Part shown: one piece after another, positions 44,459-54,637 of the stretch
Numbering within the stretch: position 1 is the first letter of the stretch
Layout: every line of letters begins with the position of its first letter
From: Candidatus Omnitrophota bacterium
GTDB lineage: Bacteria; Omnitrophota; Gorgyraeia; Zapsychrales; Fredricksoniimonadaceae
Reading direction: 5' to 3'
Length of the DNA stretch: 64,000 nucleotides
Assembly: GCA_013285735.1 (NCBI GenBank)
Contig: JABDGZ010000004.1
Span: 999-64,998 of the forward strand
Program-made: the position numbers and the translations under genes
Notes under the pieces: model-generated
Told to the model about the DNA's origin: nothing
What the model saw: the letters and a program-made list of their open reading frames with translations, nothing else
Database searches by the model: none

Positions 44459-44770
44459 ATGTTAACTGATCAATTACGCCAGGAAATCGAAAAAGATATC
44501 AAAAACAACAAAGTAGTGATTTTTATGAAAGGCACCGTCGATCAACCCCAATGCGGATTTTCCGGACGGGCCGTACAAACCCTGCAGTCTTACGGTGTGG
44601 CTGTCAAAGGCCATAATGTCCTAGCTTCAGAAGAACTGCGCCAAGGCATTAAAGAATTCACCAACTGGCCTACCATCCCCCAAATTTTCATTAACGGGGA
44701 ATTCGTAGGCGGCGCTGATATCCTCGCCGAAATGCATGAAAACGGTGAGTTAGCCCAACTGCTCAAATGA
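44459..44770 (+). CDS. grxD: Monothiol glutaredoxin Grx4
   Basis: FMKGT, PQCGFS, WPTIPQ, GGAD. Confidence 0.93.
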   Translation: MLTDQLRQEIEKDIKNNKVVIFMKGTVDQPQCGFSGRAVQTLQSYGVAVKGHNVLASEELRQGIKEFTNWPTIPQIFINGEFVGGADILAEMHENGELAQLLK

Positions 44771-44811
44771 CATAAGGACATGAGTTACGGAACGTAACTC
44801 ATAAGTCCGCA

Positions 44812-44882
44812 TGTCATCCCCGAATGCTTCTGTCGGGGATCCAGTCATGTATTTCTGGATTCCCGCTTTCGCGGGAATGACA
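44812..44882. repeat. Inverted REP doublet (family A variant plus canonical copy)
   Basis: TGTCATCCCCGA...TCGGGGATCCAG then CTGGATTCCCGCTTTCGCGGGAATGACA. Confidence 0.8.
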
Positions 44883-44948
44883 TTGAATAAGAATAAGCTT
44901 TGTGCTATTATATCCGCTTTACTGCGAGCTATCGCATTTCAATAACTT

Positions 44949-46715
44949 ATGACAACAAAGGAACAGGGAATCTTGACTAAAGAATCTGCAAAAATACTCA
45001 CTAAAAAAACTATCAACGGAGCGGAAGCTCTGATCAAGTGTTTGGAGAACTTTGGTGTCGAATACATCTGGGGCTTATCCGGCGGTGCCGCTATCCCTAT
45101 TTTCGATGCCTTGGTCGGCTCCAAGATCAAACTCATTTTGACCCGCCACGAACAAGGTGCCACCCACATGGCTGATGGCTATGCCCGCGTGACCGGCAAA
45201 CCTGGTGTGGTATTAGTGACCTCAGGCCCAGGTGCCACCAATACCGTCACTGGTATTCTAACTGCCATGATGGATTCAGTACCCATGATTGTGCTCACGG
45301 GTCAGACCATCACCTCGATGTTAGGTAAAGACGCTTTTCAGGAAGCTGACATTTCGGGTATCACCATGCCTGTGGTCAAGCACAGCTACTTGGTCAAAAA
45401 TACCAACGATATCCCTCGTATTATTAAAGAAGCCTGGCATATTACCCAGACCGGCCGGCCTGGTCCTGTACTGATTGATTTACCTAAAGATATTACCTCT
45501 GCCCCTTTTAGCGGAGAGAGCCTTGATCCGGAGATGGATATTCCGGGTTATAAAAAAGACACTCCCTCACCCCATAAAGCAGATATTGTCAAAATGGCCA
45601 AGCTTTTTAAAGGCAGTAAAAAGCCATTGCTGCTGGTGGGACATGGCGCCGTGCTTTCCTGTGCAGGTGCCGCGATTAAAAAATTAGCCGAAAAATTAGG
45701 CGCCCCTGTGACCAACACCCTTTTGGGCAAAGGTGAATTTCCTGAAACCCATCCCCTGTCTTTAGGCATGTTGGGAATGCACGGCACCGCTTATGCCAAT
45801 AAAGCTTTGGTCAACTGCGATTTGATCCTTTCTATCGGCTCACGCTGGGATGACCGCATTAACGGCAACAATAATGAATTTTGCGTAGGCGCTAAAAAAC
45901 TTCATATCGATGTGGATTTTTCAGAGATCAATAAGATCGTCAAACCTGATGCTTGGGTCTTGGGTAATGCCAAGGAAGTGGTGGAAGCATTAGTCAAGCT
46001 AGTACAACCCCTGGATACCAAGGAATGGCTTAAAGAATTGGAATATTATAAAACACAATTTCCACTCAAATATAGCAAAACCAATGGTTTGACCGCCCAA
46101 CAGGTTATTGATACCTGTTATAAAGTCACCAAAGGTAAAGCTATTGTCAGCACTGACGTGGGCCAGCATCAAATGTGGGCGGCCCAGTTCTATCTTTCTG
46201 ACAAAGGCAATTACTGGTTATCTTCAGGTGGCGCCGGGACCATGGGTTATGGTTTCCCCGCAGCTATTGGGGCTCAATTTGCCGCTCCCAAGGACTTGGT
46301 CGTTGCCATAGTGGGCGACGGTGGATTTCAGATGACTGCCTATGAATTATCGACGATTTTTATTCATAAATTGCCGGTTAAAATCCTGATCATTGATAAT
46401 AAATATTTAGGTATGGTGCGCCAATGGCAGGAATTATTCTTCGATAATCGTCTCTCTGGTGTGGATTTAGAAGGAAATCCTGATTTCGTGAAATTAGCTG
46501 AAGCCTATAGTATCAAGGGTTTTCATATGGATAAACCTGAGAATTGCGAAAAGGTGATGAAAGAGGCCATGGCTTATAAAGGCCCTTGCCTGATCCACGC
46601 AGAAGTTATCAAGGAAGATAATGTGTTTCCTATGATACCTGCTGGTAAATCAGCCTTTCATATGATCATAGAAAAACCTACTACAAAAATGGAAAAACCG
46701 TCAGGATCGACATAA
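44949..46715 (+). CDS. ilvB: Acetolactate synthase large subunit
   Basis: RHEQGA, TSGPGATN, GMHG, DVGQHQMW, GDGGFQM. Confidence 0.95.
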   Translation: MTTKEQGILTKESAKILTKKTINGAEALIKCLENFGVEYIWGLSGGAAIPIFDALVGSKIKLILTRHEQGATHMADGYARVTGKPGVVLVTSGPGATNTVTGILTAMMDSVPMIVLTGQTITSMLGKDAFQEADISGITMPVVKHSYLVKNTNDIPRIIKEAWHITQTGRPGPVLIDLPKDITSAPFSGESLDPEMDIPGYKKDTPSPHKADIVKMAKLFKGSKKPLLLVGHGAVLSCAGAAIKKLAEKLGAPVTNTLLGKGEFPETHPLSLGMLGMHGTAYANKALVNCDLILSIGSRWDDRINGNNNEFCVGAKKLHIDVDFSEINKIVKPDAWVLGNAKEVVEALVKLVQPLDTKEWLKELEYYKTQFPLKYSKTNGLTAQQVIDTCYKVTKGKAIVSTDVGQHQMWAAQFYLSDKGNYWLSSGGAGTMGYGFPAAIGAQFAAPKDLVVAIVGDGGFQMTAYELSTIFIHKLPVKILIIDNKYLGMVRQWQELFFDNRLSGVDLEGNPDFVKLAEAYSIKGFHMDKPENCEKVMKEAMAYKGPCLIHAEVIKEDNVFPMIPAGKSAFHMIIEKPTTKMEKPSGST

Positions 46716-46716
46716 T

Positions 46717-47211
46717 ATGGATAAACTTCCTTTACATACAATCAGTGTTTTAGTGGCTAATAAACCAGGCGTGCTGGTGCGCATTGCATTAGTATTCGCC
46801 CGTCGCGGCTATAATATTAATTCGCTGGTGGTCTCACCCACCATCAATCCTAAATATTCACGCATGACCATCACCGCCAAAGGTGATCTGGAAACATTGG
46901 AACAGATCATTAAAAACGTCAATAAACTCATTGATGTCATTCATTGCGAAGAACATCCTGCTAACACGGTAGAAAAAGAATTAGCCCTGCTTAAAACCAA
47001 GGCTTCCCCTGCAGTCAAAGCGTTTGTCACCAAGAACGCCCATAAATTCCACGTCCGTATCGATGACGCCTCTGAAGGCTGCTATATCATCGAACAGACC
47101 GGCACCACCCTTGAACTCGACGAGTTCGAGAGCTTAATCAAAAAATACGGCGTCCTGGAAATGGTACGCACCGGAAAAGTGCTTATTACCCGCGGACGGG
47201 AAGAGACTTAA
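46717..47211 (+). CDS. ilvN: Acetolactate synthase small subunit
   Basis: NKPGVLVRI..FARRGYNI ACT domain, EMVRTG. Confidence 0.92.
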   Translation: MDKLPLHTISVLVANKPGVLVRIALVFARRGYNINSLVVSPTINPKYSRMTITAKGDLETLEQIIKNVNKLIDVIHCEEHPANTVEKELALLKTKASPAVKAFVTKNAHKFHVRIDDASEGCYIIEQTGTTLELDEFESLIKKYGVLEMVRTGKVLITRGREET

Positions 47212-49211
47212 ACTGCAGTTGTTATCCCAAGAAATCCCTTAAGATCTGTCATCGGCTTTATACTAATAATCACCGGCACAAAGCCCGGGGCGTTTCGAAG
47301 TTGTGCAAGCATAGCGGGATCAATGTGGAATTTGATTTCGCCGCCGTTATTCTGCGTCTGCAAATGCATGTTGGCAGGGGTTAAGTCGATACCACCTGTG
47401 CTTGATTCCTCCATTTGATGCATAGGTATAGTAGTATGCATCGCTGTATCAAATTTTAACAACACAAACTTCTCATCCTCAATACTGTTATATTGATCCT
47501 CCCCAAACATAGCTGTAAATTTCCCCCAAGAATCCATATGTTGAGGATGAACTTTGACCTTTGTACCATTAACATAAACTGGAAGCTTTTTGACAGTCTT
47601 GTCATTGTCAAAATTAAAAGCTCCATCTAAATCCCGAGGTAAAACCACCCCCTCCAATCCTAAGTTTCCTGCTAACTCATTTAACCCTTTAAGAAGATTT
47701 GTCAACAATTCCTCTCCATCTAAAGAAGCAGATTGAATCGTATCTACTACTAATACTTTTTTACCATCCTTTGTCTCTCCTTTCATCAAACCAACATAGC
47801 CCTTTAATTCTTTACCCTTATAAACAAAATAATACATCGTATCTTCGTGCATGGCCCTGGTAAATGCATACCCCTTATCCCTATCCATATCAAAAGAACA
47901 ATCCATAATTCCAGCTCTCCCTCTGAATACACCCAAAAATCCTTGTGGAACCAGCGAATAACCCTCCCCACCTTTGACCTTGATCACTTTGACTTTAGCT
48001 ATCTCCTCATATACATCGGCTGATAATTGTTCGAAACTCTCCGTAAGACCTTTAATGCTCTCTACCTTTACCCCTATGGCAGCCATCGGAAGATGTCTTT
48101 TGTAATCTTCGTAAAAACTCTTAAACGCTTCAATTTTTTCATCTATCTGTTCTGACTGAAGCTGTCGCACCAACCCTTCGTCTAACAAACTTTCAGCAAT
48201 GATTAAATTTCTCATTAAGACCAAACATCTTTCTGAATGCTCTCCTATGTATTTATCATAGGTTATTTTAAAAACCGTATTGTAGAATTCTTTCTTTTTT
48301 GATAATAATTCCTCTCTCATTACCATTTCTGATGGAAATGGAATACTAAATCTGTCCTTATCCGTAATAATTCCTTCGCGAATAGCTTCGTTTCTTTTAA
48401 AATTCCAATAAATATTACTTAATTTTAATTTTTTATCCCCTTCAAAATTCTCTAATAACCAATTAAAGCTATCTACCTCTGCCTGAATGCCCAACAATTT
48501 ATAAAGATGAGCATCAAACACCTCCCCATCGACATCCTCGACGACTTTATTTTCATACTCTGTAGCGCTAACGTTTAATACTCCCAAGCCTTTGGTTTTA
48601 TTAAAAAGCATTTGCCAGTATCCGGGATTCTTTTTATCAAATTTAATTAACTCACCTATCCTTTCTTCAAATTCATCCCTTGTCAAAACTATCCCGCTAC
48701 TCCTGACAGCCACGTATGCAAACCATAATTTCTTGGGATCATTATAATCAAAACCATTCTCTATTACTTGATGTGCTTCTCTTTTTATTTGTTCAACAAA
48801 TCTAACAGGATCACTACTATCCCAAAAAGACTCAAAAATTTCTTCTTCATATGGAAAATTTTCTTTAATCCATAAAGAATATCTCATAAAACCCTCTGGC
48901 GAGAAATTCTTTTCCTCGATCATTCTGGGATATACAAAACTCAAAACATTAAGAATTGCATGCCTTGCATCTGTACCCCACTCTGAATTTAAACGCTTTT
49001 CTAGATCTTCTGATGTTAAATATCCCTGCTCGACCATTTTTAAATACAGGGGACCCAAAGCATCAACGATTTCATCTCTAACGGAACTATACTCTCTAGT
49101 ATCAAGGAGTTTTTCTAAGACTTCTATAGGCACCCTCTCTCCTCGCTCTGCCCTCCATAGGTATAACTTGCTAAGAGCTTTGATGATTGCTTTCTGTGAA
49201 TCAGAATACAT
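47208..49211 (-). pseudogene. Modular family member 2, N-terminally truncated at the IS end (HEAT-like repeats, GNAT-like region, GGIDL C domain)
   Basis: Has the GGIDLTPANM...FLG tail but no signal peptide or N domain; its ATG directly abuts the IS inverted repeat at 49212. Confidence 0.65.
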
Positions 49212-49236
49212 GTATCCGTCAGATAAATACAGGTAT
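49212..49236 (+). repeat. IS66 terminal inverted repeat (distal, IRR)
   Basis: GTATCCGTCAGATAAATACAGGTAT. Confidence 0.75.
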
Positions 49237-49262
49237 AGGTAATCATTGGAATGATATAAAAT

Positions 49263-52200
49263 TTAATTATTGTGGAACTGTTGAGGAGATTTAGATGTCA
49301 ATCCCAAAAATATCCTAATGTTTCTCATTGGCTGAATATTAATAATAACTGGTATAAAACCATGGGCATTTTGTAATTGTTTAAGCAAGACAAGATTAAG
49401 ATGAAATTTAATTTCACCATTACTATATTGAATTTGAAGATTCATATTCTCAGGAGTTAAGTCAATACCACCATAATTTGGATTGTTTAATTGTGCAACA
49501 TAATTATTACCAACGTTTTGAGGTCGCTGTGACCATAAACTTAATTCTCTAATCATAGGTGGGGTTAAAGAATAATCCCACCTTCTGTCGTTCACACGAT
49601 CACGAACATCCACGCTTAAATATGTGAACTGCTCAACCTTAACTTGATTTTCATCAAGCAAATGGATAGTCTGTCTCAAAGTTGATTCTGCCCATTGGGG
49701 GGTAGCCCCATAAGGACCGCTGGATGGAATTCCAGCTTCTGGAAACACCCAAGGCTTACTAACATAGGTTTTTGATACGCGCTTAATATAATCAAATGTT
49801 TCATCTTTGTTTAAAGGAGTTAAATATAAATCAAAACCAAATGCATCAAAACTATTTAAATTCGGGCGATAGTTTTCTCCGTACTTATTCATCTGAGTGT
49901 AAACAATTCTAAAGTTTAAACCATTTTCTTGGCCCAAACGTCTTAAATATGCAGATGTATCCTCAAATCTTTTCTTATAGGCATTATATGCCACTTCAGT
50001 CCATCTCTTTCCATTAGGAGTTCCATCCTCAGTGCCATAAGACATATTATCTGGCTCCGATGCTACTCGGATATAAATAGTGTCATTTTTATCAAAACCT
50101 GCGTCTTTAAATTTTTGCACCATAAAATCAATTTCTTTTTGATCAATCGTTTCCAAGCCTATAAATGGTGCGACTCCCATACCTCTTAAACGGTTCAATT
50201 CATTAACATTCCAAACAGCAAAATTTGAAGCCCCGGTGCTTGAAGGAACATCATGATTCCAATAATACATAAGAGCTTGATGAGAAAAAACTCCTTTTTG
50301 CCTTCCATATGCAATGGTCTTAAAATATTGATCAACTGTAAAATTAGGAAGATAATCGGAGTACGCCCCAACCGGTTTATCAATCTTATTTTCTGGTTGA
50401 GGAGCAAAAGATACTGTTTCGGTACCTTCTTTACTATCAACTTGAAAAAACGAAACGCTCGGTGGTTTATTTTCAAATGTTGGAGCTACCTTATTATGTG
50501 CATATGCTTGAGGCATCATGAAAAGTGCACTAACCCCCAATGTTAAAGCTATGGCGGTTGCCAATGTTCTTTTAGGAGTGAATAATCTTTGTACCAAGGA
50601 TTGTACGAAAGGAACAGATGGGTTTCTTCTAGAAGGTTTTGAGGGGACCTTAATGGGAGACGCGGTACTCGTTTTAACAGCCATTGTAGGTTCAACCGCT
50701 ACAACCGGACTACTTGGTACTTGTATATTACTGCTAAGTGCAAAGATATTTTGAACTTCCTGAATTGTTTCCAACCTACCCGTATATGCCGCTGATATCA
50801 ATCTAATCTTTATTCCTAACGGAAGGCCTCCGGTCTTTTCATCCTTTTTTAAATCATCATCACTAATCCCAAGGCTATCCTGAATACCCTTGATCGTTTG
50901 ATCAAACATTTCTTCCTTCTGAGAAACCATTACTCCATTCCTGTTAACTTTTTTTGCTAAAGATACGTACAATGCTGCTGTTAATATTCTTTGTTTCTGT
51001 ACATAATCTAAATTTTGAATATTAATACCAAATCTATTTTCTACATCGCTGATAAACCTTCCCCAAGCTGCATATGTCGTCTCACCCGATATTTTGTCAA
51101 CAACAGTTAAAAGTTGTCTTTTAGCTGTAGGCCTAAGATTTTCAAAATCGATCCCATATTTAGTAGAAAAATCTCTTAGAATTTTTCCCATAACTCTTAT
51201 ACGCTCATCAGTCACCCTATCATTATGAACTTTTGAAGCAATGATGTTACCAACTTTTGCTTTTAATTTCCTATTCTTATTCCCTTTCAAAATTTCTGCT
51301 AAAGAATTTTCAACATCAGCTCTTTCAGTCTGCTCTGTGATCAACATTGCCCTATCTGGTGAAAGCATCGCCCCATCAGCACCATGCGAATCTGAAGTAA
51401 CTTCAAAATTAGGAATCTCTAAATTAGAATCCCCTTTTTGAAATAATGCCAAAAACGCTCCTCCTGAGAAATATTTCCTTGGTATAGTCTCTTGCGTTAC
51501 AGGATCAACATCTTCTTTGATGTAGTTATACACACCCTTCTTAAAAGCCTTAAGATATCGCTGATAAATTTCTTCTTTCTCCTGTGGGTTATCAATATTG
51601 ACTCCAGCGACCTTGTTCTTATCCGCGTATACCTGTGATAATATGCTTTCTTTGATTTTTTTCTTATACCATGTAGCTAAAATGAGCGAACTATATACCT
51701 GACGTAGTTGGGCGAAATTCTTATCTTCATTAACTTCTTTTTTTAATTCAGGAATAATTATCTCGCGTACGATCTGGCTGCCTAATTGGTTAGTATCTTT
51801 TGCTTGTGTCTGCCGAGATTGGATTCCTTCATGTTTGGTCAATGACAGATAATCTTGCTCTAACATTACTTTTAGTTTTGATTCGACTACATAAGCCGTG
51901 CCTGCTTTTGTATTCTCATAAACTACCGCTTTTTCAGGTACTATCCAAACCTTGTTAAAGGTATTCACCGGAACATTGGTTGTCCCAAATTTTTTAGCGG
52001 CTTCTTCGTAGATTCGCTTCCAGAATTTCTTTCCAATCGTATCTTCAGGGTAAATCAAGCTGGCTGTTATTTGCTTGAGCATATAATCTTCGGCCAACAG
52101 GTCTCGCCCCATCTCAGTAAGCCCAAAGCTATTAGGAATAATACGATCCTTTTCATACGGGGAAAGATTGACCCAAAGGTCTTTCTCAGGGATGGTCAAA

Positions 52201-52514
52201 GAGGCAAGGAAATATTTAATCAGTTTGCTAGATTCATCTTTAAGCTGGCCATTGCTTAATTCACCATCTCCTTTATCTAGAATAAAGTCAAATCTAAACG
52301 GGTTATCAGGATGAACCTTGATTCCTTTAAGAATCGGTGGATCAAATGGAGGACTTAAATGAACCATGACCCCAGGCGTAGGCAAATAATAATCTTGGGC
52401 TTGGGCTAAGGGCATGGGGCCAAAGGAATTAATCAAGAAGGCTACAAGAATAAGGATTAATAGGGATTTTCTCATCTTAATATAAATATACCATGCATTT
52501 GATAGTAAAAACAA
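49263..52514 (-). CDS. Modular family member 3, full length (likely start 52475), with GH26-like cargo; passenger of the IS66 element
   Basis: Signal peptide MRKSLL...AQA; conserved N domain to PRKYFSGG; IYIRVASEPDN, FGFDLY, KPWVFPEAG; GGIDL tail. Confidence 0.85.
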   Translation of the reverse strand: MFLLSNAWYIYIKMRKSLLILILVAFLINSFGPMPLAQAQDYYLPTPGVMVHLSPPFDPPILKGIKVHPDNPFRFDFILDKGDGELSNGQLKDESSKLIKYFLASLTIPEKDLWVNLSPYEKDRIIPNSFGLTEMGRDLLAEDYMLKQITASLIYPEDTIGKKFWKRIYEEAAKKFGTTNVPVNTFNKVWIVPEKAVVYENTKAGTAYVVESKLKVMLEQDYLSLTKHEGIQSRQTQAKDTNQLGSQIVREIIIPELKKEVNEDKNFAQLRQVYSSLILATWYKKKIKESILSQVYADKNKVAGVNIDNPQEKEEIYQRYLKAFKKGVYNYIKEDVDPVTQETIPRKYFSGGAFLALFQKGDSNLEIPNFEVTSDSHGADGAMLSPDRAMLITEQTERADVENSLAEILKGNKNRKLKAKVGNIIASKVHNDRVTDERIRVMGKILRDFSTKYGIDFENLRPTAKRQLLTVVDKISGETTYAAWGRFISDVENRFGINIQNLDYVQKQRILTAALYVSLAKKVNRNGVMVSQKEEMFDQTIKGIQDSLGISDDDLKKDEKTGGLPLGIKIRLISAAYTGRLETIQEVQNIFALSSNIQVPSSPVVAVEPTMAVKTSTASPIKVPSKPSRRNPSVPFVQSLVQRLFTPKRTLATAIALTLGVSALFMMPQAYAHNKVAPTFENKPPSVSFFQVDSKEGTETVSFAPQPENKIDKPVGAYSDYLPNFTVDQYFKTIAYGRQKGVFSHQALMYYWNHDVPSSTGASNFAVWNVNELNRLRGMGVAPFIGLETIDQKEIDFMVQKFKDAGFDKNDTIYIRVASEPDNMSYGTEDGTPNGKRWTEVAYNAYKKRFEDTSAYLRRLGQENGLNFRIVYTQMNKYGENYRPNLNSFDAFGFDLYLTPLNKDETFDYIKRVSKTYVSKPWVFPEAGIPSSGPYGATPQWAESTLRQTIHLLDENQVKVEQFTYLSVDVRDRVNDRRWDYSLTPPMIRELSLWSQRPQNVGNNYVAQLNNPNYGGIDLTPENMNLQIQYSNGEIKFHLNLVLLKQLQNAHGFIPVIINIQPMRNIRIFLGLTSKSPQQFHNN

Positions 52515-52667
52515 GGGTTGGTGGGAAACTGGCTGGGAATGATACCATAGATCGTTACCCCCCTGCTTGTGAGAAAGTTGAGAAGATCTTATGTGTGAGC
52601 GAAAAAGTCTTTAAGAAGATTCAAAGGGATTTTGAGAGATTTGGTATCAAGGTGGGAAACTGGCCTT

Positions 52668-54224
52668 TTAGGCTTTTTGCCATCTGTCAGGAAGAAGTTC
52701 CTCTAGTCGTGAGATTGGATGGGACTGAATTCTTTGTAAAACGTCTTTCAAATAAGTCCACGTATTGATCTTATTTTTGCGGCAAGTGGCGGTAAAGGTC
52801 ATGAGTATCGCAGCTGTATGACCACCTTTTTCACTTCCAACAAAAAGCCAATTTTTGCGTCCTAAGGCTATTGGACGTATGGCATTTTCAGCAAGATTAT
52901 TGTCTATCGGTAATCGGCCATCTTGAAGATAAGCATTAAGTTCTTTCCAAAGGCCAAGCGTGTAATTAATGGCCAGACGCATGGGTGATTGTGGTAAATG
53001 TCCGGGAAGATGTTCTTCAAGTTTATTTTTAATTTTATCTAATAACACCCTAGATTCTTTTAACCGGAGAGCATGCCTATCTTTTGGGCTTAAGAATTTA
53101 GCATCAGATTCAACATGATACAATTTGGCGATTAGCACCAGTACTTCAGTTGCTGCGCGTGGTGATGTTTTTTCAGCGTCTAGAAAATACCGCCTTGCAT
53201 GCGCCCAACAGGCTAAATGGGTTACGATGTGAGCGGTGGTTTCCTCTGTGGTAGGAGGTTTTCCTAATCCGCTATAGCCAGCATAGGCATCGGACATAAA
53301 AAATCCTTTGTAATCTTTAAAGAATTCCAATGGACCTTCTTTACAGCGGTTTATTGTAAAATTGTACAGTGCATATTTGAAGTTTTCAGCTCCAACTGTT
53401 GCCCACATCCTTGCTGTCTGTATCCCTTTGTTCGGGCCATCTCGCATGTCCACCGGGGTGTCATCATTGCCTACAATGCCGTGTTCAAAGATTTTATTGC
53501 GCTTTAGATCATATAAAGGGGTAAGTGCTAAGGCGCATCCATACATCCAATCAGCCATGGTTTGGCGGCTGATATTTACACCTTCTCGTTTAAGTTTCTC
53601 TTCAATCCTGTACAAAGGGGTATGATATTCAAACTTCTCCGTGATCACATAGGCTAAAAGACCAGCATCTGCTTCACAGCGTTCAATAGGGCCTTCCGGT
53701 GTGGGATGCTGTTTAACACCACAGCCATCACAGCGACTATCCCCACAAGCATACTTGGGTCTCACATAGCTATTGACCAACAGGGATGAGGGGTGGTAAT
53801 CAAGGCGTTCGGTTATATCATCGCCGATATGAACAAGCTTCTTGCCGCAGCCACAGACTTTTTTCTCTTCATGGACATCTAAAACATGTTCAACACGCTT
53901 AAGATGCTCTGGTAATTTCTGACGGCCATGATGATTACGCACATGTGCTGTTACCGCCGTTGTTGTCTCAAGCAGGGGATCTTCTGCCTTTGGGGCAGTA
54001 TTCTTGTCTACTTCTAGGATAAGTTCTTGCATAAGCAGTTGATTGGGGTCAAGTTTTTCACTGCTTCGGCCATACAGACGTTTTATCAAGCCTTCTAATT
54101 GGTGCTGCTGTTTAAGGATTGTATTTTGGAGGGTTTCTACAAGTGCTTCGAGTTGTTGGTTTTGTTCTTTTAGGTATGTATTTTCTTCAGCAGGAGTTGA
54201 GAAAGTAAGCGTCGTCGATACCAT
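52668..54224 (-). CDS. tnpC: IS66 transposase TnpC
   Basis: Leucine zipper, YGRSSEK, zinc finger, DDTPV, SDAYAGY, CWAHARR, IDNNLAENAIR, GRKNWLF. Confidence 0.95.
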   Translation of the reverse strand: MVSTTLTFSTPAEENTYLKEQNQQLEALVETLQNTILKQQHQLEGLIKRLYGRSSEKLDPNQLLMQELILEVDKNTAPKAEDPLLETTTAVTAHVRNHHGRQKLPEHLKRVEHVLDVHEEKKVCGCGKKLVHIGDDITERLDYHPSSLLVNSYVRPKYACGDSRCDGCGVKQHPTPEGPIERCEADAGLLAYVITEKFEYHTPLYRIEEKLKREGVNISRQTMADWMYGCALALTPLYDLKRNKIFEHGIVGNDDTPVDMRDGPNKGIQTARMWATVGAENFKYALYNFTINRCKEGPLEFFKDYKGFFMSDAYAGYSGLGKPPTTEETTAHIVTHLACWAHARRYFLDAEKTSPRAATEVLVLIAKLYHVESDAKFLSPKDRHALRLKESRVLLDKIKNKLEEHLPGHLPQSPMRLAINYTLGLWKELNAYLQDGRLPIDNNLAENAIRPIALGRKNWLFVGSEKGGHTAAILMTFTATCRKNKINTWTYLKDVLQRIQSHPISRLEELLPDRWQKA

Positions 54225-54277
54225 TAGATTTATATTAGCACTTATCGTCGGTGAATCAAGATATTTATTAGATATTT

Positions 54278-54637
54278 TTACATCATTTTAACATTATCAC
54301 GTCGGTATCGTGGTTGACGTTTGATCACTCTTGCTTCAATTCCTTCAAGTAAATTTGCCCATGATGCACGGTCAAGACAGCTACCATCATCAGAAGGGAT
54401 CACAAACCTACCTGCTTCAAGCCGTTTATACCACAACGCATAACCATCGTTATCCCAATAGAGAACTTTTAACTTGGTTTTATTTACATTTAGAAAAACA
54501 AACCAATCGCCATTTAAGGGGTCTTCATGCATTTCATCGGTCACCATCAATGACAAACGATCAAAACTTCTGCGCAAATCACAGCTGCCGCGATATAAAA
54601 ATATCCTGACATTGTTCAAATTAATTCCTGAGATCAT
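54278..54637 (-). CDS. tnpB: IS66 accessory protein TnpB
   Basis: [31 protein letters not shown]. Confidence 0.95.
   Translation of the reverse strand: MISGINLNNVRIFLYRGSCDLRRSFDRLSLMVTDEMHEDPLNGDWFVFLNVNKTKLKVLYWDNDGYALWYKRLEAGRFVIPSDDGSCLDRASWANLLEGIEARVIKRQPRYRRDNVKMM

Noticed and set aside
44775-44808. Hairpin ATGAGTTACG-GAA-CGTAACTCAT after grxD
   Set aside because: Single copy with no U tract; probably a stabilising or terminator-like stem, too little evidence for more.
10932-44882. CRISPR array from the repeated ~28-bp palindrome
   Set aside because: Copies are dispersed over kilobases without regular spacers, and there are no cas genes.
54205-54213. GTAAGCGTC, resembling a canonical IS66 end
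   Set aside because: Lies inside the tnpC coding start and has no partner; the GTATCCGTC pair fits the element far better.
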